A stretch of 64,000 nt of DNA from Bigelowiella natans CCMP2755 (taxonomy: Eukaryota; Protista; Cercozoa), in assembly GCA_000320545.1 (NCBI GenBank), contig ADNK01000245.1, positions 14,541-78,540 of the forward strand, given 5' to 3'. A program made the translations under genes and the position numbers. Below are positions 26,152 to 39,566 of this stretch, one piece after another (position 1 is the first letter of the stretch; each line of letters opens with the position of its first letter). The notes under the pieces are model-generated. The model made no database searches and was not told the DNA's origin. It saw only the letters and a program-made list of their open reading frames with translations.

Positions 26152-29100
26152 TTACAGTCGAGCATTGCCGTATCCATAAACGTTCGCAGCACTTCTGGCT
26201 TGCGACCGAGGGTCACCTTTAACAGGAGACTTCCCGCGAGAAGTGTTTTTGTGGTTCACCCCACGAGCACGTCTCTCTCCTCGCCCTGTGCGCCTCATCG
26301 CAGAGGATTCATGATGGTGATGAGAATGACGATCAGTTGACCACCCCCCCTTTGCACTGGAACCAACATATTTATTTTTCTGTGATTTCTTGTGAGTTGA
26401 AGAATGAAACGAGGCGTTGCTCCTTCTAAAAGCCAAACTGCTTTCTTTAGATTGGCGCACGGTCAACGTGCTAATACGATCTCCCAGCGGCTCCCTACTT
26501 GCATAAGAAGTGTTGCTACTTCTAATGGTAGCGATACCAAGCCCTTCGTTTTGCGATTCTCTGTTCGTTAGAGTAGAAGGAAGGGAGCTGTTTCTACTTC
26601 TGAAGTCAGAAATTCTTTCATCTTGAATTATCGACTGTTGTTTCAGCTCATCAATGGATAAGCTGTTTTCCTGTTGCGAGTAAGATGATGAAGAAGTTGC
26701 GACTCTCCCGCCCAGTGTCTCGGAAATTGAAATCGGATTTGCATGCGGAGTCATGGCCGATATCGACGTGTTTTGATGTGTGTAGCTGCGGCTCAGATTC
26801 CCAGTTGCGTTGCTATGAAGACTGCTCAGTTCCCTGAGGTGCTTCGCCCGAGCATCAGCATGCCTTTTCTGGTCAACCTTTCGAAACACCATTTTCACCT
26901 TCTTTTTCTCCCGCTTGGCGCGGTGCAGCACGGCTTGCATTTTTTCGAACGTCCTCACGACTATGTGGCTGATCTTGACGAGTTTCCACCCCACTTTCAC
27001 GCCGTTCTTCTCTGCGTCACCTCCCTTCTCAACGGAGCTCACGTGCATTGTTTCGTCGAGCTGGAGGCCAGGATTGTACACAGAAATCTTTAATGTGACA
27101 ATTTGGGAGCCAGCGCTGGGAACGAGGAGGGTGAGCTCGCATCCTGATTCTGTGGACTCAAGCGCAATTTTTGCTAAGTTGATAAACCCTTCTCGTGTAG
27201 TCACAACGTTCGAGTTCACCGCGTCGACCTGTTCCACGAACAGACATATCGATGAACCACAGCGATGCATGCATCCATAGGACAATCAACATGTGAGAAG
27301 AACGACCTTGCACCCCATGCGGACCCCCTTTTCGGCTGCAGCTCTCGTCATGGACACCACCCGTAAAGAGTCATCGACTTCAATCTCATCGAGTTTGTCG
27401 ATCCACACGTAGTCTTCCACAACCTAAGGAAAAAGTCATCATAAACGAGAAAGCCAGAGAAGAGCTTTCAATCAACGCCCCACCTTTAGTTCGACCTCCG
27501 CCTCAACACCTTTGGTGCAAAGGGGCGCGAAGAAAATGCCTTCGATGGCCAGGATGGCTAAAACACGAGTGAAGAAGTCGATCGCAAACGTAGTTAGCGC
27601 CTCTGGCAACCAGGCCCTCTCGCCCTCCTTGGATAACTTAGCAGACAGCACAACGATGAGGAACCAGCATCCACACACAAATGCGGTGGAGAACACAATG
27701 GCAATAATGTCCCCCAATGTGTAGTCTCTATTGCTAAGACTGGGGTCGTTCCCAGAGCTCAAGCATTTACCGCAGATGCCTCCACAACACCCTCCGCGTT
27801 CCTTCCTAGTACCCCGTGCGAGTACATCAGGCTCGATTTCGGTCAGATCGACTATGCTGGAGGACATGTCGTAAATCTTAAAGCTATTCCTCATCATGGA
27901 TGCATTCTTATCAGGATAGATGGGCTCGAGAGTATGGGTTGGAGCCGATTTTGAGTTTAAGGATTTTTTCCCGCCACTCGATTCTTGGACAACATTCTGG
28001 GCTTCATCAAAATTGGCAACGTTGAGCGAAGACGTGAGAGAGCTGGAATCTCTTTGCCCTTCAGCAACAGCTTGAAGCGCTCGAGTCTGCATGATTTTCT
28101 GTTCTACATCGCCGGGGCGGGCTATGTTGAACGCGGAGGCGAGAGAGCTAGATTCCCTTCGCCTCTCGGCAACTGCCTGAAGTGTACGAGTTTGGAAAAT
28201 CTTTTGTTTTATATCGGATATCTCTTTCTGCGTCCCTTTCAAGTGCAATTTCGAGCTCGTTGGTGGTTGCTTTTTTTGAGGGACCGAATTTGCTTCGGAG
28301 TTCTCCATTTTCATTAGCTCGATGCTGTCTTGCTTCTTTCGGTTGAATAATGCTTTTTGTTTTTCAAGAAATTCCAAATTTTTCTGAGACTTTGTTTTCT
28401 GCTCCCCTTCATCGTCCGCCATGTCCTGGAATTCAACATCCCCAAGGAGAGTATCCATAATCCAGTTCAACGCCTTTCCAAAACGGCTACGGGAATGAGG
28501 GCGCACAGTCTCGGGCCTGATTCGCAATGCCGAAGGCATATGGCGGTTGAAGAAGGAGACAACGAGGAATGGTACAGGGAAGGAGAGGATTGCTGACACA
28601 AACGCTGCTGCCGTCTCCTCCGATAGAAATGGTAGCCTCTGTTTTTGGCCCATCAGCAGCACGAGTACGACCATGCAGTTGAACAACAACACTGCAAGAA
28701 TAATCGTCCGCTTGGTCGAAACCAGGTGGTCGCCCTTGTGGTGCAGGAAGATGCTGAGCCAGGGATGCTTTTGGCGGATGGACCACTTCGTTCTCCTGCA
28801 GCAGCGCCCTAGGCTCCTCGACTTGAACCGCATATTGTACATTTGGTTGGACATGAGCCAAAATGCTTTGGTTTCGACGGCACTTGAGGAAGGGGAAAGA
28901 TGATTCGAGTCAAACAACACCGCGGCTCCGAGGAGGAGCGCTAGTGCAACAAGGGCTGAAGTTCCGAAAATCATGATAGGGTTATTGCTCAATGAGAACG
29001 CATTCTCATCACGGGCGTCGCCTTCATCCAGTGTATTTATGCGGATTTGCGTCTTTGTATCCGACGAAAATGCTGTGAGGTGTGGAGAGGCGCAGACGAT

Positions 29101-30362
29101 AGTGCCCCCACTACCAACTGAACCATTCACAGCTGAGATGACATCAAGACCCCTGCCATCCCACGTTACACTTGTTTCGTTCCAAAACTTACAACTAAAT
29201 AGATCCCCCACTGATGATGAGGCTTGAGCAGCGCTCACACCGACTCCGAGCACGGTTCGTGGGATAGTAATTTTGTAAGGCGTTTCCGCGGTGTTCTCCT
29301 GCACCACTTCGCCTCCTTGCGACATAGTCGCCAACACCGTTGTGGAGCTTTCATTTCGGAATGATAGATACAGCTTTAGCTCTGAGCTTAGCTGCATGTT
29401 TAGAAGTACACATGAGCGCATATTTGTTATGCATAGTATGGCTATGTTTGGCATGTATATGTGCAGAGAGAGGAAGAGAGAAAGGGAGAGAGAGAGAAAG
29501 AGAGAGAGAGAAAGAGAGAAAGAGAGAGAGAGAGAGGGGTGGGGGGGAGAGAGTATTGGTTGTTTTCTGATCTATTGTAGTGTAGAAAGTAAATACACGA
29601 AGAACGTCTAGCTCTAATCTTTGAGCATGAGTGAACGCACACGCACCGTCGCAAGTGCCAGAACGACTGAATCGGAGCTGGAGAGTTCGACTGAGATGGG
29701 AACCTCAATACGAGATCCTGTGCTGCTGCTGGAAAGATTGGCGCCACCGACCTAAAAATATAGGGCGCAATTAAAATTTTTAGCACTCTCGCATGGAATA
29801 GCAGGAAATAACGGGAGGAAAAGTGCGGAGGGTAAAGAATCCAGATGGCAGCGTTGGGTTGTGAAAGAGAAAATACATCTGAAACGTCATGATCTAACAA
29901 CCAAGATGGCGGATCAAGGAGTAATTCTGCAAACGCTGCAAATCACACAAGCATTCACCTCCGTTGATGACAGTAACTGCGCAACAACTGTGATGTCACC
30001 GACGCTCACTTCCCTTGGGACCTCCCCCTCAATTGCATCGGCCACTAATCTCAATCCTAAAGCCGTGAGAGACTGCTCCAGCACTGCTGAAAGTTTAATG
30101 TTCTCCCTTATGCTTTGGAGCATATCTATCGAGCGAATGAGATTCTCAATTGAAGATAAAGATGCTGCAATTGCGGTCGGAGAGAAATCATTGAACGGGC
30201 TGTAGTAACACGTATGAACCAATGGAAGAGCATAGATACATATGACAGAATAAACTCAATTCGTTATCGTTTGAACCCGAACGCTGAATGCATATGATTA
30301 GATTATTGCGTTCTTAAAATATTTACGCGCGCGCGTCTCCCCCCCCCCCCCCCCCCTCTCTC

Positions 30363-30401
<39 letters not shown>

Positions 30402-33400
30402 AAACAGTTGCGCACATAAACTTGATATAAATGCAGCATACCTGCGGGTCAAGTTGAGGACAAGCTCGGCAGCAGTGGTCCTAGTTTTTTCTGTCAGCTC
30501 TTCCGGGTCGTTGAAGTCGGTAGCTAAACTTACTAACACTAACGGCGCCGCTACTGAGCTATTATCACCATCGATCGTCTTGACGAACGACTGCACAGAC
30601 GATATGAGCGAAGTTCGTATTTGCGCTGCTCTACCGCTGGAAGTGGACTGATCGAATTTTAGTGACGAAGCAGTTCCAGATACCAGGGTTGCAAAGGAAT
30701 TAAAATCCCTCTGCCCAAGCTTTTCCGTAATGTCGTACATAGTTGCGTTCACATCAAAGCTCACTGGCTGTCTCACAGTAGCATTAAAGAAGAATGAAGT
30801 CTCAGCTGCAAACACGTCAGAAATGACTGCGCTAATCTGTAGAACTGCTTGCCCGTCGGGGGGGAAGGGCAAAGCTGTGGAATAGCTCGATATAGCTTGG
30901 AAGGAGCACAAATCTTGGAAAGCTGGGTGCTTGGTTCCTTCAGAGACATAAACAACAGGCAGTTTATACTGAAACTTGTAGCTGAGTGGGAGATCTTCGT
31001 CCTCCCACAAAGCACAAGCCATGACGAAAGTATCTTCAAGCGCAACACCAGAGGATGGAGATATGCTACATGATCCCAGCGATGGGGGAGTATTAACGGT
31101 GAAACTCACCTCAGAGGATCCCATCAACCCTCCTCCCACCAGTGGGTTTGCCGTCCTTGTTGCAGTAACGCGAAAGGTGTAGGACTGTCCAGGAACGAGG
31201 GAGCCTGCTGCAATTGCCATGACCGACTTGTTTATTGGAGACAAAACTACACCTGGGGTTGTAAGATCAAGGCCCCCCTCTGTGCAGCTCCATGCCCATG
31301 AGTAGCCAACAGAGCTCGACTGATCCATCTCCGTCCCCGCCGCATTAAGCACAACTCGCACATTTGGATTCACCTTGTACGCTCCATTCACAATTGCCAC
31401 GCCCTGTGCGGCGACTGACGAAGAGACAATAGGAATGTCTGCGGACACAGTTCGGAACTGAAGGGAAGCAAAGGCTACTCGGGGAGCGGAGCTATTAAAG
31501 AAGGTCACTCCTGTAGCATTTGCTGTGAGCTCAAACGTTGCGTTCCCCTCAAGGACGGACGTGTTAATCGTTGCTGTATTGGTTCCAGTTGAAGGAAGCA
31601 TAACCAGCGGCGTTGCTCCTGAAGCAACTGACGACTTCCGTAGCTCCCACACGTAGCGAAGAGCATGAGACATGTTTACCGGGTCATACTTGGGACTTGC
31701 CGTTATAGAGATGACATATGGGTTGGAGCTTACAACTGGAAAATGTTGCAGCGACCCACCTGTAATAACGATAGATAAAGGGAGGCTGGAAGTCACGGCG
31801 ATAACCTAACAGTATTATGCGATTTGTCTCATCCTCGGGAAGATATGCACACGAGCAGCACACACAGCAACTGGAATGAAGACGGATAAGAAGGTGATTT
31901 ACCTGTGTGATGTTCACATCACCAATGAGATAGCCGCTCGAGTCATAGCTTGACACATGAAGATTTAGCCCGTACGTACTCCCTAAACTGAGAGTTCCTT
32001 TAAGAATTTCCAGTATAGTTCCCTAAAGAAGGTAACGTTAAGGTTGAGAGTAAAGCATGTTACAGCCTTGCGACACATCAGAAAATTTCGCTCAATAGTG
32101 ATCTCGCTTGACTTTGGGAAATATTTGTTTAAATTCTCTGGCAGCGATAATTCTCACACCTGGGGTAATCCTTCTGAGATGAGTGAATCAGGAGGTGAAA
32201 CGATCTCAGCTGCGTACTCTTTTGCGCTGGAGGAGATTCTTTCATCGCCAGGCTGCAACCAGGTCCACTGAGCAGTTGTTCTGGTGTTGGTTGTGAATGG
32301 TGACGTCCCGTTGGGACAGCTCGGGGCATTGACAACAGGCTGCAATATCCAATCTTTGTCTACATAAATCTGAGAAAGTAGCTGCGTCGGCATCTGCGCC
32401 GTTGGAAGTAGCGCTGTAGAATCCTTGATGAAACTGTGTGACAATGCAATAGACTCGCCCAAGAAGTTTGTAGCAATAACGGATATATTATGTTCCCCAG
32501 AGGAAAAGTTTCGGGCGTTCAAGGTTATGAAACTGGTTCCAAGAACGGACTGACTTGACAGGTAGGCATCGACGGCTGTGTACGGTGATCATGCAAAGCA
32601 AATATTTCATGTCGTAGAGTTAGTGAATGAAAAACTTAAGAAAAGAACCTGGTTTATTCGCATTGGAGCTCGACGTAGTATAGCTCCAGTTGAAGGAGAC
32701 TTGCCGACCAGCTGATCCTATGAGTGAGGCTACCATGATGCTCACATCACCACAAGCACCCACACTCTGCGGTCCTTGGAGGGATGCAGCCAGCAATTGC
32801 GGACTTATGGGTTGTGCAACTGCTACCGAGTGTGCGCTGGAGAATCCACTCGAAGTGGGATCGCTGAGCACCCCACCGACCATATTCAGATATTGGTTGG
32901 GTACGATAACAGGAGCTTCACCAAGATATAGACTCAGCTGTTTCTGGGAGCTCCACAGGCAGCGGTAGCCGTTTCCCAGGAGGGACAAAGTTAATGCAGT
33001 AAACAGTGAACTGCACGGGGGCTGGTTCGTAATTGAAGAGAATACCACAGTGATAGCTGTTAACGCGTTTGAGAATATTGCTGAATATGCAAACTTATAG
33101 CAGAGAGTAGATACAAAAACAAACAAATGAGTCGCGTCAAAGAGGTGAACTGTGAAACAGGCAAGCAGCATCCCCTTAAAATACACCGCTATTTCTCTCC
33201 CCTATCATCCCCACATTTAGTTACCGGAGTGGCTGGGCTCGGGGTATTTGTAATCGGGGTGGACGTGGGACATGAACTCGGGGAAAAAGTACTCGGAGAA
33301 TTGCTGATTGGAGACAAACTAGGGAAAGAGCTTGATGGTGAAGATGAGGGAGAGATGGTCGGATTTATAGGTGCAGCGGAAGGCGCGCACGATGTTGAAA

Positions 33401-34553
33401 AGGTCGGTGTTTTTGTTGGAGAAATAGAAGGATTTGACGTTGGGAAAAAAGTAGGGGCAACAGATGGTGAGGTCGTAGGTAGAGACGAAGGCGTGGATAG
33501 AGGTGAAGTCGTTGGTGATGATGTAGGTGATGATGTAGGTGATGATGTAGGTGATGATGTAGGTGATGATGTAGGTGATTGTGTAGGTGAAGTCGTTGGC
33601 AATAATGTAGGTAAGAATGAAGGAGAGGCACTTGGGCTTATACTGGGTGTGGTGGAGGGCGCACTGGAGGGAGACTCCGTTGGCGCAGTTGACGGAGACA
33701 CCGTGATGCAGAGAGAATACTTCGTTTTGAGGTAGGAGTGGACGGTAGACATCTCTGAATCGTTCAGTGTTCGATTGTATATTATAACTTCTGGTGTCAT
33801 TGACTTCATAAATCTTGTAGGTGTTTGGCCTTGTTTCTTCGACTGAGCTCCAAGAGTGAAATAGGCAGGACCAATTGTCGTTGAGTTCAAAGCTGATATC
33901 GAGGTTCCGGATGCAACTTTGACCCCACATCGGAAAAGATCTTGCGTGCGACTGGACAAATTTATTCTGAATGCAAAAGTATAGATGGATTCTTGGTAAT
34001 TACTAGGGCTGTAAAGTGTTTGGCTTCCTCCATAGGTAGTGCCGCTATATGCTTCAAATGCGCCCATCCTGATGTCGATAATTTCAACTCCTTTGGGGGC
34101 CCAGTTGCCTTCGCCCCCGAACCATGATCGACTGCCATCGTGTTTGATATTATGAGCAACTGCAATCATCGTAGCACCCGAATTCGAGATGAAAGGTGAG
34201 TAAGGGTAATCGTTCTTAAACCCCAAACCCTGAAGATACATGTTGTCGGCGAAAGATACTGTGTTGTGTCCATTGACGTAATTTCGAAATAATATTGGGT
34301 CAACATTGGAATCTCCGGTAGAATTGAGTCCTCTACCATAACCTGATGCGTCCTCCCAATAGGCAACCCTAGAGCCATTGGGGCTGGCTAAATCATCGGC
34401 CTTCAGCCAGAGGGACATCCCCTGTTTAAAAAAAAAAGGCGAAAGATTTGTTGGGCTTCATTAATTTAAAATGAGGACGAGGAAGACCTGGGGTAGACCG
34501 CTGCCGCTCACATCTTCGATCCAAGTGAGAAAGAAGAAGAGCGGGGGCAGCAT
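26152..34553 (-). CDS. Large polycystin-1-like receptor: signal peptide, ConA/LamG-like domain, Pro/Thr/Ser stalk, REJ, GPS, multiple TM, C-terminal PDZ
   Basis: LWLKADDL...WEDASG; (SPTS)n; REJ motifs VNTPPSLGSCSISPSSGVALEDTF, WEDEDLPLSYKF; GPS CASPHLTAF; HPWLSIF; PDZ VSSVEKGGDAEKNGVKVGWKLVKI. Confidence 0.85.
33505..33600. repeat. Coding 12-bp minisatellite (GTAGGTGATGAT)n encoding an SSPT stalk
   Basis: Direct reading. Confidence 0.9.
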
Positions 34554-36099
34554 CGGGCCTGTCCATGCGAGGATCTAATCCTTAGGTGCAAGGGGTCGAT
34601 TCCTATCGGCGTTTCGCTTTTGAAAAGTGTGAGTTGACGCATGCAGAGCCGTTTCACTCGAAAAGGGTCTTGCCGCACGCTCAAATGTGAGAAATCCTCG
34701 GAAATCCCCAATGAATTACAGGGTTGAAGACCGAAAAGTGTTGTTTAAATTTCTCGTTAGACTTGAATACGATTAATAATAGATCTAATAGAGTCTGGGG
34801 CGCATTAAGAAACAGTCGCATTAAGAAACACTCAGAGAGAAAAGAATTTTTTTTTTTTGAAAATGTTTCACCGGGATTCCAGGGCATTTTCAGACAACGA
34901 CAACAGGATGTTACTGTGAATACCCCGTGGGCATACCTTGCTTTTTGAATTTGAAACGGAAGCCTGCTCATCGATGAACATGAGCGGGGAGGCAAAGCGA
35001 CGGCGCAGTGGGGCGAAGCGACGGCGGACCAGATCTCTGTCTACGTTTGGGCACCATCACTTGAAGTTTGAAGTTTGTGGGGAAGTCCGAATATTTGAAA
35101 TTTCCGCTCGAAGGCCGTTCAAGTCGTCCAAAGCAAAGCTTGCTGCCACGTATACCATAAACAGCTCTGCTCCGGCATGAAGATCACTTACAAAGACTCA
35201 GAAGGTGACGTCGTGAGGGTCAAATCTGAATGGGAGATGACGCATGCACTTGTTTCCACTCAAAAGTTTACTGTGGTCGCCGTCAATCAAGCCCGTGCGT
35301 CGAACAGTGAGTCAGCTAGTAACGAGGCAATGGTGCCAGTTGACCAGAACCAGAGAGTCCTAACTACGTATTTCAAACCCGTTGATGAGAATAAAAACAA
35401 ACCTGGGAGGCCGAAAAAGAAAAGGAGAAAACGATCATCGAAAAATGCTGCGGCTAATAACGTGGGCGATGATGCTACCGTCGTTGAGGTGAGCAATGTC
35501 GAGACGGAGATGATGAGAAGGTGCAAAACATTCAAGGCCACCCGCAACAACAAGGCCACTCGCAAGAACTGGGGATATGGGAAAAACCTGGAAATTCTCA
35601 ATAAAGCTCTTGAAAGGTTGCACGCACACAATATGTAGCGTGCATGATATGATCATGCGAGGTTGTTCTGATTGTGCATTGGGAGCAGCACAATTACGTG
35701 TCATATTTGATACCAAAGGATGTCTGTAACCTCGGTAAAATTCCATAGGTTTTGATGTTTTTCAATGTGTTTGTCAGTTGGGATCGTAAGAAAAAACACA
35801 TGAGTGCCAGAGAATTTACTCGATGGCATTCGACAACTCCATTGGTGCCAGACACAGAACGGGTGCCAAGGGGGACTCTCCTCCAGTACGTAACTGGCAA
35901 TCGAACCATTGGAAGAAGCGTGGGGAAAAAACCCAAAATACCAATATCGGCGAAGATAGCCTTGGCACATGTCGTAGCCATGAAAGACGAAGCATCAAAC
36001 GGCGTGGGTCCAAAAGGTGTCAGAAAATTCATAAACTCAATTGCTCCAGATGAAGTCGGGACTCACGTGCACACTGCTTGCAAGAAGGTGATGTAGCAT

Positions 36100-36173
36100 T
36101 GTTCTATACAGGGATCGAACCTGTGACCTTGCGTTTATTAGACGTATGCTCCAACCAGCTGAGCTAATAGAAC
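36100..36173 (-). tRNA. tRNA-Ile(AAT)
   Basis: Cloverleaf: GTTCTAT/ATAGAAC acceptor stem, GCTC/GAGC D arm, CT-AAT-AA loop, ACAGG-TTCGATC-CCTGT T arm; one A-C mismatch in anticodon stem. Confidence 0.9.
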
Positions 36174-36192
36174 TTGCAATAGATTGATTGAC

Positions 36193-36231
36193 AAGCCTCC
36201 ATTCGGAGTTGAACTGATGACCATCTGCTTT
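36193..36231 (-). pseudogene. 3' half of a second tRNA (T arm plus acceptor strand)
   Basis: AAAGCAGATGGTCATCAGTTCAACTCCGAATGGAGGCT; 5' half not recognisable. Confidence 0.5.
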
Positions 36232-36439
36232 GCTTATCTGCACGATGATGACCATTGATTCATCACATCCGTAGGTGGTGAACCTTGGGAGAGAACTTGG
36301 TCTGATCAAGGGCAGAATGGTGAAGGGACAATCGACAACGTCGAAAAGAATCGCTGCATGCTCGGAAGATCTATAAGCTCATCGACCCTTTGTTTTTAAC
36401 CTTAATATTGGACCTGTTCTTTATCCGGCATTTTGGGGG

Positions 36440-37715
36440 TACGACAACCTAGCAACCCCCGCCTTGTCGCAGGTGACTTTCGGCCATGTCACCTTGCCAC
36501 ACGATGGCTACTACATGGCAAGCTCTGCCTTGCTTTGGGGGCGAGGACTGGTGTTCTTCAAACTGACAAAGAAATCGACAGGGCTTTCCGTCGAACCATT
36601 GTCCTGCTTGACAATTTTGCTGCTGTTCGCCAATCCAACTTCTCCCCGACGCAAGCTTCTTCCTCCTGATTCCATTGTGTCTGTCTCCGATTGCTAGTTT
36701 CAGCTGCAACTTGGTCACATTTTGACTGCATCAATGAACAATGTTCACTTCACCTAGCTGCAACTCATCATCTTAGCTTCCCTAGATGTAGGTCATTGGC
36801 TAGTTGTGTGACTCATCACCAACAGGGTGCTGACAAGTCCTTGCAACGACTGTTGTTGAGGCTCTGTTGCATGCACATGCTTGTCTCCCATGAGGTTCTA
36901 GCACATGCAAATTTGATCAATGCTTCATTCAAATTCAAATTCAAATTCAAATGCTAGTGACGCAGTGCAACAACACTCCCATGAGTCCTTGCAACGACTG
37001 TTGTTGAGGCTCTGTCACATGCACACGCCTGTCTCCCATGTGGTTCTGGCGCATGTGAATTTGATCAATGCCACAGCTTTGTTCATCTTCATCATCATCA
37101 TCAATCATCACAGCAGCACAATGAAGTGCTGGAGTGGCACCATGCTGTCGCATCGCTCTGCGAGGGTGTGCTGGTGTGCCTTGCACACCACGCCGCCATT
37201 GTTTGGAAGTCGTGACAATTTGTCATTGTCACTTGCACATCACACACCCGGAATGACTAGATGAGAGCACAACGACACTGTCTAGCTGTGGCAAACATGC
37301 ATGCAAAATGGAGCCTGATGGCGAGGTGTGTCCAGGGAGACGTGCTAGCGTGGAGTGGTCTGGTGGTGGAGCTCTAGAGCTGTGTGCGCTGCGAGCACTC
37401 GCACCATCATTGTGCAGCTGTGCCTGAAAAACTTTGTGAAGAACAAAGCACATGAGGTGTCTTTTGAATTTGGAGTGGTCGACAACTCCCTGTGCAAGAC
37501 TGTGCTCCGTTGTGCCCTGCTAGCCTAGCTACGAGTGCAGCGTCACATTGTGATGTCGTCATTTCCAGGAATATTTCACATTGCATGAACACATTGAACA
37601 ACATGCATGCCGCTTACACATTTTGTTTGAGATTCAAAATGTCACATTCATTGCATCACATGCAGTCACTCTCATGAATGAGGTGGAAGACTTTGCTAGC
37701 TTGCCACTGCATTGC
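36440..37715. other. TpA-erased island 5 with a ~90-bp duplicated segment (copies 148 bp apart)
   Basis: About 14 CTAG survivors and few other TA; repeat copies at 36836 and 36984. Confidence 0.85.
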
Positions 37716-37729
37716 ACTAACTGCCTATC

Positions 37730-39301
37730 TTAATATCCAGAAGAGGCTTGCCGAATGAGAGGAAACGGGGGCATTGGAGTTTCCATTTCGTTAGCAGGGG
37801 GGACACGGACCTCATGTCCAACACCACTAGGTGCAGGTTCGAAATCGAAAATGGATGATTTTGAATATAGCTCCTCATGGATATTGCCTGTTCCTGAAAC
37901 ATCTTCACCGAGCAACTCGTTTTGGTGTCTATCTTCCATCTTTTGTTTTGAGTTGTCATTGGACTAAAGTTCATAGGTTTGTACACCAAGTTTAAAAAGA
38001 CAAAGCTAACCGATCGATAAAAATCATATTGATGCAAAATTATACCTTGCAGAGTAGAGACGGTGGAGAAATATAGGAGCTCTGCTGGAAGAAGTTTTTT
38101 GGTACTGCATTGATTGACTCTATCTTACTTTCATTTATCCCGACATTGTCCAATCTTTTTGACTTTGTTTTTGGCTTTTCGCTCCTTAGAGCAGCTTGGT
38201 GTTTCCTTTTTCTCAAATTTATCTGACAACACATGTAGATGCTCAAAAAGTAATTAATATTCTCCATTATTTATTACTTGATCATTTCGACGATCTCGTT
38301 CCTTGAAAACAGTTTCCACTGCATCCAAGCGTGTTGTAAATTGTTCCAAAACAAGAAGGGCTGAATTCATGGCTTTGTGGGTATTGCTAAGTTTTGCTTG
38401 GGTTTCCTGAAGTTGCTTCAAAACTTGGGTAATATCAGACTCTTTGTTTGGGAGGGGTGGAAGAATAGTCCGTGATTTTGCCATGCTTGGTCGCTTGGAT
38501 CGGGACTAACAAACAGGTTTATGATGAGGTCATGCGGCTTGCATAAAATTGTTTGTACCCCGCACCTCAATCGGGTTTGAGAAAACCTCATTTAGGGATG
38601 GAAAAGCCTGAATAAATGCCAGGTTTAATTTTCATACTTCCAAAGTGTATCCCTTTAAGTACTAACCATCTCTTCAGCTCTTCCCTTTGGATCAGCGAAA
38701 CACCGAACACGAAATTTTTGGTTCATAAAGCTCTTAGATACTTTATTAATCCTAAACCTGAACATAGCTTCACGTGCTTCGCGATTTACAATGATAATTT
38801 TACTTTTCGTCTCGTCAGGAAAGCAGAGTTGAAGAATTCCCTGAAATTTATCCCCTACTCTCCTGATGAATGATATTAGATCATACTTCCTAGAATGTTC
38901 TTTTTTGCACCCAAGAGCGTACTTTCGATCCTCAAAATAGAGATCTAACTTCAGCTCTACTTCGAAGTTAAGAGGGAGTTGGCCTTCCAGTTTAACCCCA
39001 ACAGTCAAAAACTATGCAAAATGGGTGTTTATGTATGTTCTGAAGCGCATGCAATCTACACAAGCTTACAGTGTCCTTTTTCACGCCGACATCCTGAATG
39101 TGGTCATGCATGACAACAAAAAATCAATTCTACTGGATCGCATGATTGAAGCTGTGGTTACCTTGTACCAAATGGGAGACGGTTGACTCGTTATTACGAT
39201 TCGAGGAATATCACTCAATTCAAAACTGCGAATGCAAATACACTTGTAAAAACGTATAGTCAACCCTTCCTGGTCTACATGAACCTGGTCTGGTTCTCCA
39301 T
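37730..39301 (-). CDS. Putative beta-sandwich (p53/Ndt80-like fold) DNA-binding protein with coiled coil
   Basis: ITSQPSPIWYK|DVG, AMFRFRINKVSKSFMNQKFRV, FSNPIEVR motifs resemble a protist WYKDxG family; coiled-coil exon 38254-38484; fold assignment is inference. Confidence 0.5.
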
Positions 39302-39566
39302 GTTCAATTTTCGATCCTCAAAGAAAATTCTTTGTACCATCTTACGAATTCTCTTTAAGAATGGTACAATCCTATGTCGCAAATGGCTAACGCCATGCGG
39401 GTATCATTTTTGATCCAAATAGTGCATCACTCAAAAATGCGTAGATTTTTTCCTCCGTAAGAGTCATTTCCCCGTCGCGCATTTCACCTTCAGTGTTGTC
39501 TCAGAAAGATTTCGGCCTTGATTGATCTCTTTCACATCATCAATGAAGACTTTATTTTGATCTTAT

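Larger units (their letters stand above)
34974..36376 (+). mobile_element. Truncated pogo/Tigger-like transposase pseudogene fused to an N-terminal PB1-like domain, two introns
   Basis: PB1-like (LKFEVCGEVRIF...frameshift ~35177...ITYKDSEGDVVRVKSEWEM), RKNWG..LNKALES|W, VPRGTLLQYV (psq-type HTH), KDEASNGVG...|...VKGQSTTSKR (CENP-B-type HTH region); introns 35617-35777 and 36088-36274; stop at 36376, no DDE domain seen. Confidence 0.6.

Noticed and set aside
33127-33735. 202-aa plus-strand VGDD-repeat ORF
   Set aside because: Antisense shadow of the SPT stalk of the REJ receptor.
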